DNA of 52,722 nt from an uncultured Bdellovibrionales bacterium (GCA_964438025.1 CAYTIK010000003.1:7433-60154), one strand, 5' to 3'; shown: positions 33,877 to 42,459, counted from the stretch's first letter. The notes: a model not told the origin generated them from the sequence alone. Numbers and translations: made by a program.

Positions 33877-33974
33877 TTGTCATCCTGAGGATCCGCTGGC
33901 TGGCGGAGACGTGAGGATCTAATTAAAATTAGATTGCCACGGTCGTTCCAAGGTGGAACTCCCTCGCAATGACA
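33877..33974. repeat. Repeat family 1, full unit (chimeric halves)
   Basis: The left half TTGTCATCCTGAGGATC...AGGATCTAAT carries an inserted TCCGC..GCGGA hairpin. The right half ATTAGATTGCCACGG...CTCGCAATGACA is highly similar by eye to the reverse complement of the left half at 29001-29052. Confidence 0.7.
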
Positions 33975-33990
33975 TATACAAGAGTTAAAT

Positions 33991-35517
33991 CTACTCTGTC
34001 TTAAAGCGGTATTGAATCGCTTCGGCGATATGGTTGGCGCTGATATTAGCGCTGCTTTCCAGATCGGCAATAGTCCGTGCGACTTTGATAATGCGATAGT
34101 AAGCGCGGGCGCTTAAATAAAAGCGGGAAACGGCATTTTTCATAAGTTCCTGGCAGGCTGGATCCAAAGGACAATATTTTTTTATTTCCAAACTTTCCAT
34201 TTCGCTGTTGGCAATAGTTTTTGATCCAATAAATCTTTCTTTTTGGATGGCGCGGGATTTTTCCACGCGCTCCCGGATAATAGCGGAACTTTCATAATTT
34301 TTTTCCTCATTGAATTTTTCAAATTTTATGCGTGGCACTTCGATGTACAAATCAATCCGATCTAAAATCGGTCCAGAAATTTTCCGCTGATATTTAATGA
34401 TGCTGCCGGGACTGCAGGAACAAATTTTTTCCGGATCAGTGGCATTGCCGCACGGGCAAGGATTCATGGCGGCAATCAGCGTAAAACGGGCGGGAAATTC
34501 CAACGTGCCTTGGGCGCGGGAAACGGTAATAATGCCGTCTTCCAACGGCTGGCGGAGGTTTTCCAAGACCGAACGGGAAAATTCCGGGAATTCATCCATA
34601 AAAAGAATTCCCCGATGTGCCAAGCTAATTTCGCCAGGCTTAGGGAAAGTACCTCCGCCCACTAATGAAACTGCGCTGGCGCTGTGATGCGGGCAGCGGA
34701 ATTGGCGCCCTGTGATGAGCGGAGTTTTGGGCGGCAGTTTTCCGGAAACCGAAAAAATTTTGGTGATTTCCAGAGCCTCCTCGATAGTTAACCTGGGTAA
34801 AATGGATGGCATGGCTTTGGCCAGCATCGTTTTTCCTGATCCAGGCGGTCCGTTTAAAATAAGATTATGCCCTCCGGCGGCGGCGATTTCTAAGGCTCTT
34901 TTGGCGTGTTCCTGACCTTTGACGAAAGACATGTCCACGGCGTGATTTTCTTCCCGGAAAAGATTTTTCAGCTGGACCGGCGGTGTAGCAATAATGGGTT
35001 TTCTTTCCAGCAGATGCAAGATTAATCGAGGCAGGTCATCCAGAGGAAAAACATTAATTTCTTTAACGATGGCAGCTTCCAGGGAATTTTCCCGTGGAAC
35101 AAAAACATCCCGAATACCCTTTTCTTTAGCCATCAAGGCCATGGGGAGAACGCCTTTGACCGGCCGGATCTTTCCGTCCAGAGAAAGTTCACCGAGAAAA
35201 AGTTTGTTAGTAAAAGCAAAATCAATCTGTTTAGTGGCGAGGAGAAATCCTAAAGCGATCGGCAAATCATAAACTGGCCCTTCCTTTTTGAGGTCGGCTG
35301 GAGCCAGATTGACTGTTACCCTGCCGCATTGATGGGGCGGCTTAAAGAGGCTGTTTTTAATGGCCGAACCAACTCGGTCTCGTGATTCTTTGACAGCCAA
35401 ATCCGGCAAGCCGACAATATTGAATTGGTGTAATCCACCGGAAACAATATCCACTTCCACTTCCACCACTTCGCTTTGCAAACCTAAAGTGGCAGCCGAT
35501 AAAACCTTAGCAGACAT
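33991..35517 (-). CDS. comM: YifB/ComM Mg-chelatase-like AAA+ ATPase
   Basis: The Walker A motif is GPPGSGKTM. An arginine-finger region and overall ComM architecture are present across 508 aa. Confidence 0.85.
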   Translation of the reverse strand: MSAKVLSAATLGLQSEVVEVEVDIVSGGLHQFNIVGLPDLAVKESRDRVGSAIKNSLFKPPHQCGRVTVNLAPADLKKEGPVYDLPIALGFLLATKQIDFAFTNKLFLGELSLDGKIRPVKGVLPMALMAKEKGIRDVFVPRENSLEAAIVKEINVFPLDDLPRLILHLLERKPIIATPPVQLKNLFREENHAVDMSFVKGQEHAKRALEIAAAGGHNLILNGPPGSGKTMLAKAMPSILPRLTIEEALEITKIFSVSGKLPPKTPLITGRQFRCPHHSASAVSLVGGGTFPKPGEISLAHRGILFMDEFPEFSRSVLENLRQPLEDGIITVSRAQGTLEFPARFTLIAAMNPCPCGNATDPEKICSCSPGSIIKYQRKISGPILDRIDLYIEVPRIKFEKFNEEKNYESSAIIRERVEKSRAIQKERFIGSKTIANSEMESLEIKKYCPLDPACQELMKNAVSRFYLSARAYYRIIKVARTIADLESSANISANHIAEAIQYRFKTE

Positions 35518-35520
35518 AAA

Positions 35521-35952
35521 TTAGCGTTTAATTTTTAGATGCCCGGTTATTAACATTATAGTACCTAGTGTTATAAAAAAATCCGCCGGATTAAAAATCG
35601 GTCCCCAGCCCAGGTTGATGAAATCAACTATACAGCCATGCCAGAGCCGATCCAATAAATTGGAAAAAGCGCCAGCGAAGATGAGAACGAGGCAGAAGGT
35701 GTTGTAAATTACGCGTTCCTTGCAGATAAGGTAAAAAAATAGCAAAAATATCCCCAGCCACAAAATCCAAAACGTAATTTCCGGGATTTTTAGGCCAAAG
35801 GCAATATGCGGATTGCAAAGATAAAATCCGCCTCGGAGGCGGATTAAAGCTTTGGCTAATTGATCGCTGGCTAAAACCAATCCGAAAGAAGATAAAAACA
35901 GGAATAATTTTTTTCTGAAAAAATGTTCCATTAGTTGGCGCATTTTAGGCAT
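35521..35952 (-). CDS. lspA: Lipoprotein signal peptidase II
   Basis: It has the motifs NLLDRLWHGCIVDFI and FNPADFFITLG. The ATG at 35931 would give a TAATG stop/start junction with the upstream gene. Confidence 0.8.
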   Translation of the reverse strand: MPKMRQLMEHFFRKKLFLFLSSFGLVLASDQLAKALIRLRGGFYLCNPHIAFGLKIPEITFWILWLGIFLLFFYLICKERVIYNTFCLVLIFAGAFSNLLDRLWHGCIVDFINLGWGPIFNPADFFITLGTIMLITGHLKIKR

Positions 35953-36290
35953 TTTTTAGCTGAAGGGGAAGCTTTGAGCCGGTCAAGGTCGATGGCTTGC
36001 TGGCATTTTTCACAAGTTCCGTAAGTTCCCTCTTTGATTTTTTGTAAAGCGCTGATTACATTTTGTAATTTTTTTTCTAAAATTACTTCTACGGAAAAAT
36101 TATCCGAATATTGTTCGATTTCTGTGGCATTATCTTCTTTGCCGGTGCCGATTTCTTCAAAACTGGTTTCGTAGTCCCCACCTTTTTTATCTAAAGGTTT
36201 AGCGATTTGCTCCAAATTTTTTTCCAATTCAGCTTTTTCTTTTAATAAAGCATCTTTTAATTCAGTTAATGTTTTTTGTTCTAGACTCAT
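35931..36290 (-). CDS. DksA/TraR-type C4 zinc-finger protein
   Basis: A coiled-coil N-terminus is followed by the zinc finger CEKCQQAIDLDRLKASPSAKKCLKC. Confidence 0.7.
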   Translation of the reverse strand: MSLEQKTLTELKDALLKEKAELEKNLEQIAKPLDKKGGDYETSFEEIGTGKEDNATEIEQYSDNFSVEVILEKKLQNVISALQKIKEGTYGTCEKCQQAIDLDRLKASPSAKKCLKCAN

Positions 36291-36295
36291 ATTTT

Positions 36296-36715
36296 TTATA
36301 AATAAATATTTTTTAAATGGCGGATTTGCGCCTGGCGATTTTCTTTATCCAATAAAATGGAAATAGCGTCAAAGCGATAGTCAGCAGCGGATAAATGGCT
36401 TATTCTTAAATAAAATTGGGCTATTTTTTCCAATTTCCGAAGTTTGGCATGAGTGATATTTTCTTCTGGCAGAGTGTTTTTGTATTTTTGGAAATCGCGC
36501 GTTTTCACTTCCACAAAAACAATCTGGCGTGTATTTTTTTCTCGAGCAATGATATCGATTTCTCCCAAACGGCGGCCGAAATTATTTTTAAAATTAAGAG
36601 CCAGAGTCTCATAGCCGCGCTCTTTTAAAAAATTGGCTGCTATTTTTTCTCCGATTTGCCCGGTGGTTTTCCCATCCATGAATTTATTATACCATTTTGG
36701 ACAACAAAAAAACAC
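36296..36715 (-). CDS. yraN: YraN-family (UPF0102) endonuclease-like protein
   Basis: It reads GEKIAANFLKERGYETLALNFKN...GEIDIIAREKNTRQIVFVEVKTR. The likely start is the ATG at 36679 (MDGKTTGQ). Confidence 0.75.
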   Translation of the reverse strand: MFFCCPKWYNKFMDGKTTGQIGEKIAANFLKERGYETLALNFKNNFGRRLGEIDIIAREKNTRQIVFVEVKTRDFQKYKNTLPEENITHAKLRKLEKIAQFYLRISHLSAADYRFDAISILLDKENRQAQIRHLKNIYL

Positions 36716-37044
36716 CTCTCCTGGTGCCGTGTTTTAGATTGGGAAACCAGGGCGTTCTACGCCCAAAAAAAATAATTTAAAGGCTGAACGCCCCAGCGTT
36801 CTTTCATGTACTAACATATAATATGGAGACTAATCCGCCCGGGTGAGAGGCAAATTTTGTCATAATATATATGTATTTTATGTACATGTTTTTGTTTTCT
36901 CTTACCATTCTCTGGCTTTCGCCTTTTTAAAAGAACTTTTTATTTTTTATTTTTTTGTCGAAATAAAAATTTTTGTTTTTGTTTTGGGGTCTCTAATTTT
37001 TTTATATATTTAGAGCGGCTCTGATATGTTAATCAGAACACTTG

Positions 37045-37105
37045 AACAGCAAGAGAGTTTCAATCGCAAATAGGGGGAAATTGCGATTGAAACCCCGTTG
37101 CTGTT
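37045..37105. other. 61-nt extended hairpin in a 640-nt non-coding interval
   Basis: The outer stem is AACAGCAA / TTGCTGTT (8 bp). It flanks a 4x4 internal loop and a perfect 13-bp stem, GTTTCAATCGCAA / TTGCGATTGAAAC. The loop is ATAGGGGGAAA. Confidence 0.6.
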
Positions 37106-37355
37106 GCGGATTAATTTGTAAAACAACACAACTATGTACTTATTATATCAGAAAAATAGATCATAGTCAATCAGTTTTAGCCAAATAGGCTTTAAATCAA
37201 GCAAAATAACGGAAAATTGTCCTTGTTTAAATTTTTTTTGCCGGATTAGTTTAAAGGATAAATTTAAAAATAAATCTCTTTTTTACTTAAATTGGCTAAA
37301 AAAGGCTATTTTTTAGAAGTTATCCACAGGAAATCCCCCAAAAGTTGAAAAATAA

Positions 37356-38486
37356 TTACTGGACAGTGGATTTGAGTAAAAGCCAATCGTAAAAAGCAAA
37401 AAAAGTATTTTTAGTAGTTCCGATAATTAATTTATTCTTGGCTACAGCATAATCGACCGTAAGTTTTTCCGGAGAAATCAAATTAAAATATCTCAGAGGC
37501 AGATCCTTGTAGGTAAAATTAGAAAAAGAAATTTTCTTTGTTTCCTTTGGCGCTGCGATTAGAAAGATAATATCTAAATCTTTGGGCAAAGCCGCTTCTT
37601 TTTTAAGAAGAGCTTGCGTCAAAAGCACATCATTTTTAGATTCAATAACCAAACCGGTTCCGAGATTGGGGCCGTCGCTAAAAACCAATAAACTAAAAGA
37701 TTCTCCCAGATAAGCGGAAAGAGTTTGAGCGAAAGCTATCCCACTTTTTTGGGCAAATTGTGAAAAGTTCAGCAGGTTGTTTTGCGGATCTTTCAGCTTA
37801 AATTCAACCGGCTGAGAAAAAGAATCTCTGGGCAATTTTTCAATTTGGCTTTTAATTTCCGTTTTTATTTCAGCCAGGCTAGAATTAGTCAGATCCAAAA
37901 CGATGGTATTTTCTTTAGGCTGTTCAATTTTTATTTCTGGCGTTGGAGTTTTTATTTCTGGCTCAACGACGGCTGCGGGTGAAGCAGGTTCTTTAATTGG
38001 TAAGGAACCAGAGACAGGTTCTGCAACTGTTGTTTCAGGGTTTTCTCCTCTAATAAGCCAAAAATAATAACTGCCGATGACCAGAGCTATTGCGGAAAGA
38101 AAAATTGTAGAGAAAATAAAAACTTTTTTTAAATCAAATTCATTGCCAGAATTGGCTGATTCTTGCTCGGGTAGCGATTTTTTAGTCATAGGGGCAATTA
38201 TTTTTTCAGGTTTTTTCTGAAAAGCAGGCGTTGTGGGAGGTAGTGCAGTTTTTTCCAAGAAAGGACTGATTTTTGGCGCCGGAGTTAGTGGTTGTGGACC
38301 GGAAGAAATTGGTAAAGAAGCAACTTCTTGCTGGCGAAGTAAAGCCGGGTTGTTGATTATTTCCAAATCTTTTTTCATGGAATAAACAGGAATGTTTTGC
38401 ACTGGCAGTTCGTTGGCCGGCTGACTGTCGGTAAAATTATTTCTCGACCCGTCAGTATCAATATTGAAGATAGTTTTGTTTAGCAT
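37356..38486 (-). CDS. Single-pass membrane protein with Pro-rich regions, unknown function
   Basis: It is 376 aa with a central TM segment (VFIFSTIFLSAIALVIGSYYFWL). No recognisable motif was seen. Confidence 0.5.
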   Translation of the reverse strand: MLNKTIFNIDTDGSRNNFTDSQPANELPVQNIPVYSMKKDLEIINNPALLRQQEVASLPISSGPQPLTPAPKISPFLEKTALPPTTPAFQKKPEKIIAPMTKKSLPEQESANSGNEFDLKKVFIFSTIFLSAIALVIGSYYFWLIRGENPETTVAEPVSGSLPIKEPASPAAVVEPEIKTPTPEIKIEQPKENTIVLDLTNSSLAEIKTEIKSQIEKLPRDSFSQPVEFKLKDPQNNLLNFSQFAQKSGIAFAQTLSAYLGESFSLLVFSDGPNLGTGLVIESKNDVLLTQALLKKEAALPKDLDIIFLIAAPKETKKISFSNFTYKDLPLRYFNLISPEKLTVDYAVAKNKLIIGTTKNTFFAFYDWLLLKSTVQ

Positions 38487-38549
38487 TTTTTTATTTTTTA
38501 GAAAAACAAAGGCATTTAATAATAGTATACAATAAAAAGATTTTATTGG

Positions 38550-40655
38550 CTACAATTTTTTGGCAGCGGCTTTCATGGAAAGATTGATGCGCCCTTGAGA
38601 ATCTATTTCCTTGACCTTGACCGGCACAATGTCTCCGATTTTAACTATATCTTCAACTTTTTCCACTCGCCGGTCGGCCATTTCGGAAATATGGATCAAA
38701 CCTTCTTGTCCGGGTAGGATTTCCGCAAAGGCTCCAAAATTCATCAGGCGAGTCACTTTGGCGTTGAAAATTTCTCCAGCTTTGACTTCGTGAGTCAAAT
38801 TATCGATCCATTGCACTGCCTTTTTGGCGGAAACATCATCGGTGGAGGTGATAAAAACCGAACCGTCGTCTTCAATATCGATTTGGACTCCGGTTTCATC
38901 AATAATCGCATTGATGATTTTGCCTCCTGGACCAATGACATTTCTGATTTTGTCCGGATGAATATGCAAAGTGATAATGCGCGGAGCGTATTGGGACATT
39001 TCTTTTCTCGCTTCCGGCAAAACCGCCGTTATTTTTTGGAGTATTTCCAGGCGGTTTTGATGGGATTGTGTAAGGACGGCCTGCAGCATATCTAAAGTTA
39101 CGCCATCTACTTTGACATCCATTTGCAGGGCGGTTATGCCTTTGGCGCTACCGGCCGCTTTTAAATCCATATCGCCATAATGGTCTTCTAGGCCCTGGAT
39201 ATCGGTCAGAACTTTAAAGTTATTTTCTTGGCCGACAATAATTCCCATGGCAATGCCACTGACTGGACGAGTAATGGGAACTCCGGCATCCATCAGGGAT
39301 AGCGTTGATCCGCAAGTAGAAGCCATTGAAGAAGAACCATTGGAAGACAAAACTTCAGAAACCAGCAAGATAGTATAAGGAAAAGTTTCTTTAGATGGTA
39401 GGACGGGCATTAAGGCTTTTTCCGCGAGTGCCCCGTGGCCGATTTCCCGGCGTCCCGGACCACGCATCGGCTTGACTTCGCCGACAGAATAAGGCGGAAA
39501 ATTATAATGATGGATATATCTTTTTTTCATATCCACTTCCATAGTGTCAATAATCTGTTCGTCGCCGGGAGAGCCCAAAGTCGTAACAGTCAGAGCTTGA
39601 GTTTCTCCGCGGGTAAAAAGGCCGGTGCCATGAGTGCGAGGCAGAATACCGACACGGCATTCGATGGAACGGATTTCATCTAATTTTCGGCCATCCGGTC
39701 TTTGTTCTTTTTCCAAAATATTCTGGTGGACAATTTCGTCAGAAGCTTCTTCAAAAACTTGTTCGGCCACTTCTTTGAGCTTATCAATATCTTCGGAAAA
39801 ATTCTTTTTGATATAGCTTTCCACTTTTTCTTTGATGGTTTTAGTTTTAGCTTCGATGACTTTTTTATCCGAAGCATAGAGGGCTTCAGTAAGTCTCTCG
39901 GAAAGCAAAATTTCTTTGACTTTGGCTTCAAATTCCGGCGAACTTTGGAGTAAGGCCGGTTGGGATTTTTCTTTGCCAGCTTCTTTGGTGATATTCTCAA
40001 TAAAGATTGCAATTTTAGCAATGGCTTCCTGTCCAAAAGCAAAAGCTTCAATGATTTCTGCTTCCGGCACTTCTTTGGCACCCGCTTCTAGCATATTAAT
40101 CTTGTCTTTGGTTCCGGAAATGACTAAGTCCAGATTGCTTTCCTGCAATTCTCCATTAACGGGATTAAGGGCTAATTCACCTTTGACTTGCCCCACGCGG
40201 ACAGCGGCTACCGGTCCGTTCCAAGGGATATTGGAAATAGACAGGGCCGTAGAAGCGGCAATAACTGCCAAAATACTGGGATCATTTTCTCCATCATAAG
40301 AAAGAACGGTGGCCACTACTTGTACGTCATTCCGCATGCGAGAATTAAAAAGCGGGCGGATTGTCCGGTCGACTAAGCGTCCGGAAAGGATAGCCTCATC
40401 AGAAGGGCGGCCCTCTCTTTTAATGAAGCGGGAGCCTTTAATTTTTCCGGCGGCGTAATATCTTTCTTCAAAATCCACCATCAATGGAAAATAACCACTG
40501 ATTCTGGAAGCGTCTTTGCTCATGACCGCCGTAGCTAAAACCACCGTATCGCCATAACGGGCCGTAACTGAACCTCCAGCTTGATTAGCCAAGAGTCCGG
40601 TTTCAATTTCCAAAATCCTGCCACCGATCTGGAGGGACCATTTTTTTTGTTCCAT
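38550..40655 (-). CDS. pnp: Polynucleotide phosphorylase
   Basis: It is 701 aa with two RNase PH-like domains and KH and S1 C-terminal domains (GEIFNAKVTRLMNFGAFAEILPGQEGLIHISE). Confidence 0.93.
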   Translation of the reverse strand: MEQKKWSLQIGGRILEIETGLLANQAGGSVTARYGDTVVLATAVMSKDASRISGYFPLMVDFEERYYAAGKIKGSRFIKREGRPSDEAILSGRLVDRTIRPLFNSRMRNDVQVVATVLSYDGENDPSILAVIAASTALSISNIPWNGPVAAVRVGQVKGELALNPVNGELQESNLDLVISGTKDKINMLEAGAKEVPEAEIIEAFAFGQEAIAKIAIFIENITKEAGKEKSQPALLQSSPEFEAKVKEILLSERLTEALYASDKKVIEAKTKTIKEKVESYIKKNFSEDIDKLKEVAEQVFEEASDEIVHQNILEKEQRPDGRKLDEIRSIECRVGILPRTHGTGLFTRGETQALTVTTLGSPGDEQIIDTMEVDMKKRYIHHYNFPPYSVGEVKPMRGPGRREIGHGALAEKALMPVLPSKETFPYTILLVSEVLSSNGSSSMASTCGSTLSLMDAGVPITRPVSGIAMGIIVGQENNFKVLTDIQGLEDHYGDMDLKAAGSAKGITALQMDVKVDGVTLDMLQAVLTQSHQNRLEILQKITAVLPEARKEMSQYAPRIITLHIHPDKIRNVIGPGGKIINAIIDETGVQIDIEDDGSVFITSTDDVSAKKAVQWIDNLTHEVKAGEIFNAKVTRLMNFGAFAEILPGQEGLIHISEMADRRVEKVEDIVKIGDIVPVKVKEIDSQGRINLSMKAAAKKL

Positions 40656-40689
40656 ACAAACGTATCAGCCTTGCGCTAACGACAAGAAG

Positions 40690-40733
40690 AAGTCAAAAGT
40701 CTAAAGTCTAAAGTCAAAACTACAAGTCAAAAC
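40690..40733. repeat. Heptad repeats (AGTCNAA) upstream of pnp
   Basis: AGTC occurs at 40692, 40699, 40706, 40713 and 40726. On the minus strand these read as repeated TTGACT / TAGACT. Confidence 0.55.
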
Positions 40734-40870
40734 TTAAAAATTAAGTTCTAAATTGTGGCTTTGCGCTTCAGGGGCTTCAACTTGAGCCATTCTTAGCGCG
40801 CCAACAAAAGCTTAGTTATAAATTATTAAGGTGATTTTAGCTTACTTTATTTTTCCGGTTTTGTCAAAAG

Positions 40871-40902
40871 AATAAAAACACTCCCTTAATTAACGGGAGT
40901 GT
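40871..40902 (-). terminator. Rho-independent terminator after the DUF4234-like gene
   Basis: The stem ACACTCCC / GGGAGTGT has a 9-nt loop. A T-run follows on the minus strand, and an A/T run also follows on the plus strand. Confidence 0.6.
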
Positions 40903-40926
40903 TTTAAAAATAGTTTTTTATTCAAA

Positions 40927-41256
40927 TTAAGCAATCGTATTACCAGGGGTGGCAACTGAGGCTATTTTATTTAATTCCGATTGGATGATGGCTGGCATGA
41001 TAATGCCGACAAAAAGATCCAAAACAAACCACAGGATGGTATTGTTATCTTTTTTGACATAAACTGCAAAACCTTCGCAATATTTATACATCCAATAAAT
41101 ATTGGCGATCGGAACAATTAACAGCCAAGCGGTCGGGATGGTCGCTCCCAAGCGATTCATTTCGTCCTTAGTGGAAACTGTCCAATAAAGGGCGTAAATC
41201 CCAAAAGTTATAAAGGAAAACAAATAAACTAAAAATATATTTCTGTGTTTTACCAT
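40927..41256 (-). CDS. DUF4234-like small membrane protein
   Basis: It carries the signature FGIYALYWTVSTKDEMNRLG and is 109 aa. Confidence 0.55.
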   Translation of the reverse strand: MVKHRNIFLVYLFSFITFGIYALYWTVSTKDEMNRLGATIPTAWLLIVPIANIYWMYKYCEGFAVYVKKDNNTILWFVLDLFVGIIMPAIIQSELNKIASVATPGNTIA

Positions 41257-41286
41257 TTTTCCACCCCCCTTCTTCTTTAAAAAAAT

Positions 41287-41784
41287 TTAGATTAAAAACT
41301 TTTTCTTGTTTTCACTGATATTGGTGAACTCATCCACTCTTTCAATTAGCTTGGAACTGGTGGATTCTTTAAAAGCGATGACTTCCACTCGGCAGCCGGT
41401 GGTATTTTGGATATATTCTACTACCGGAATGTAATCGCCGTCTCCGGAAACTAAAATAACAGCGTCGAGGCTTTTAGCCATTTTGATAGCATCAACTGCG
41501 ATGCCCACATCCCAATCACCCTTTTTGGCTCCGCCGGGAAAAATTTGCAAATCCTTGGTTTTAACTTCAAAACCTTGTTTTTCCATGGCTTCAAAAAATT
41601 TTTCCTCCTGGCCTTCCAGAGTTTTAATGCCATAAGCGATGGCGCGGATTAATTTGCGATCGCCAACTCCGTGGCGCAATAACTGTCCGAAATTAACCTT
41701 TTTTTGATAGAGGACTTTGGCGGAGTAATAAAGATTTTGGATATCGACTAAGACTCCCACCCGTTGTTCTTTAAAGATAGACAT
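41287..41784 (-). CDS. NYN-domain (LabA-like) putative RNase
   Basis: It reads VGVLVDIQNLYYSAK...ILVSGDGDYIPVVE. Confidence 0.7.
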   Translation of the reverse strand: MSIFKEQRVGVLVDIQNLYYSAKVLYQKKVNFGQLLRHGVGDRKLIRAIAYGIKTLEGQEEKFFEAMEKQGFEVKTKDLQIFPGGAKKGDWDVGIAVDAIKMAKSLDAVILVSGDGDYIPVVEYIQNTTGCRVEVIAFKESTSSKLIERVDEFTNISENKKKFLI

Positions 41785-41833
41785 ATTTTTTCTGTATAAA
41801 AACAGGTCAGGCGACCTGTCTTTACAATTAAGA

Positions 41834-42103
41834 TTATTCTTTTAAATCAAGTTTTTTAGCCAGTTTTTTATAAGCTTTTTCATCGGTCTTTTGGAGATAC
41901 AGCATCAATTTTTTTCTTTTGGAAATCATTTTTAAGAGTCCGCGGCGGGAAGTAAAATCCTTGGAATTTTTTTTGAGATGGGTAGTGAGCTTTTTAATCT
42001 TTTCGCTGAAAAGAGCGATTTGATATTCCGGCGAGCCAGTATCTTTATCGTGCCTTTTGACTTCCTTAGTGACGCGTTCCTTTTGTTTGTTCGTGAGAGC
42101 CAT
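41834..42103 (-). CDS. rpsO: Ribosomal protein S15
   Basis: It is 89 aa and contains TGSPEYQIALFSEKIKKLTTHLKKNSKDFTSRRGLLKM. Confidence 0.92.
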   Translation of the reverse strand: MALTNKQKERVTKEVKRHDKDTGSPEYQIALFSEKIKKLTTHLKKNSKDFTSRRGLLKMISKRKKLMLYLQKTDEKAYKKLAKKLDLKE

Positions 42104-42114
42104 ATTGTTCGGCG

Positions 42115-42150
42115 AAACGTGCGTTCCCTTTTAAAGGTGAACCAACGTTT
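42115..42150 (-). promoter_or_regulatory. Hairpin in the rpsO 5' leader (candidate S15 autoregulatory element)
   Basis: The hairpin is AAACGT-gc-GTTC, a 12-nt loop, then GAAC-ca-ACGTTT. It lies 11 nt upstream of the rpsO ATG. Confidence 0.3.
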
Positions 42151-42190
42151 GCTATTTATTGTTTACAAAAAATAGCATATCATAAAAAAA

Positions 42191-42219
42191 TTGATTTGTC
42201 CAGGAATTTAAGGTATATA
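42191..42219 (+). promoter_or_regulatory. Candidate promoter for tRNA-Ser
   Basis: TTGATT (42191-42196) is followed by a 17-nt spacer and TATATA (42214-42219). Confidence 0.4.
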
Positions 42220-42240
42220 TGATTTAGGGTATTTAATTTG

Positions 42241-42327
42241 GGAAGAGTGGCCGAGCGGTTGAAGGCGCAGCTTTCGAAAAGCTGTAAGGAAGCAATTCCT
42301 TCGTGGGTTCGAATCCCTCCTCTTCCG
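42241..42327 (+). tRNA. tRNA-Ser (anticodon CGA), class II
   Basis: The acceptor stem is GGAAGAG / CTCTTCC and the anticodon arm is CAGCT-TTCGAAA-AGCTG. It has a long variable arm and the T-loop TTCGAAT. One U-U mismatch is present in the T stem, and CCA is not encoded. Confidence 0.85.
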
Positions 42328-42361
42328 CAAAAGGTTCTGGTCCTGCGGACCATCAGCCGTA

Positions 42362-42407
42362 GGCTGAGAATCCCTGCCTACCGGCAGGCAGGCTCCCGCT
42401 TCCGCCA
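42362..42407 (+). pseudogene. tRNA 3'-end-like fragment 1
   Basis: A T-loop-like GAGAATCCCTGCC is interrupted by the hairpin CTGCC-tacc-GGCAG. It is followed by the acceptor-like CTCCCGCTTCCGCCA. Confidence 0.45.
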
Positions 42408-42431
42408 AAATTCAAAATTATTGCTTTTGGT

Positions 42432-42459
42432 GTGGGGTGAAAATCCTCCCGCTTCCGCA
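42432..42459 (+). pseudogene. tRNA 3'-end-like fragment 2
   Basis: GTGGGGTGAAAATCCTCCCGCTTCCGCA parallels the genuine GTGGGTTCGAATCCCTCCTCTTCCGCA. It shares the 13-mer CTCCCGCTTCCGC with fragment 1. Confidence 0.5.

Noticed and set aside
36855-36890. Possible XerCD dif site in GTCATAATATATATGTATTTTATGTACA.
   Set aside because: ATAAT plus an ATATAT spacer fits the left part of the dif consensus. The XerD arm TATGTHAANT does not follow at the required spacing.
37057-37093. Possible CRISPR repeat (GTTTCAAT...ATTGAAAC termini, 37 nt).
   Set aside because: Only one copy is present in the window, with no spacer-repeat periodicity and no cas genes. The termini are simply the arms of a perfect 13-bp hairpin.
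37320-37328. A perfect DnaA box (TTATCCACA), together with an AT-rich tract, as a second replication origin.
   Set aside because: A single perfect 9-mer is within chance expectation for about 105 kb of two-strand AT-rich sequence. No box cluster is present, and dnaA-linked spacers with strand-switch support exist at 5.5-7.4 kb.
36716-37355. RNase P RNA, SRP RNA, tmRNA or 6S RNA in the two long non-coding intervals (this one and 50368-50777).
   Set aside because: By eye I found no GAGGAAAGUCC / ACAGAA-type RNase P blocks, no GGAAGCAGC-type SRP helix 8 motif and no tmRNA tRNA-like 3' end (UCCACCA with a T arm). A covariance-model scan is still needed, so this is rejected only as a positive call.
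39680-40081. Lys-rich 133-aa minus-strand ORF, and several plus-strand ORFs, inside pnp.
   Set aside because: They are alternative frames of a strongly supported PNPase CDS and give a low-complexity K/S/L translation.
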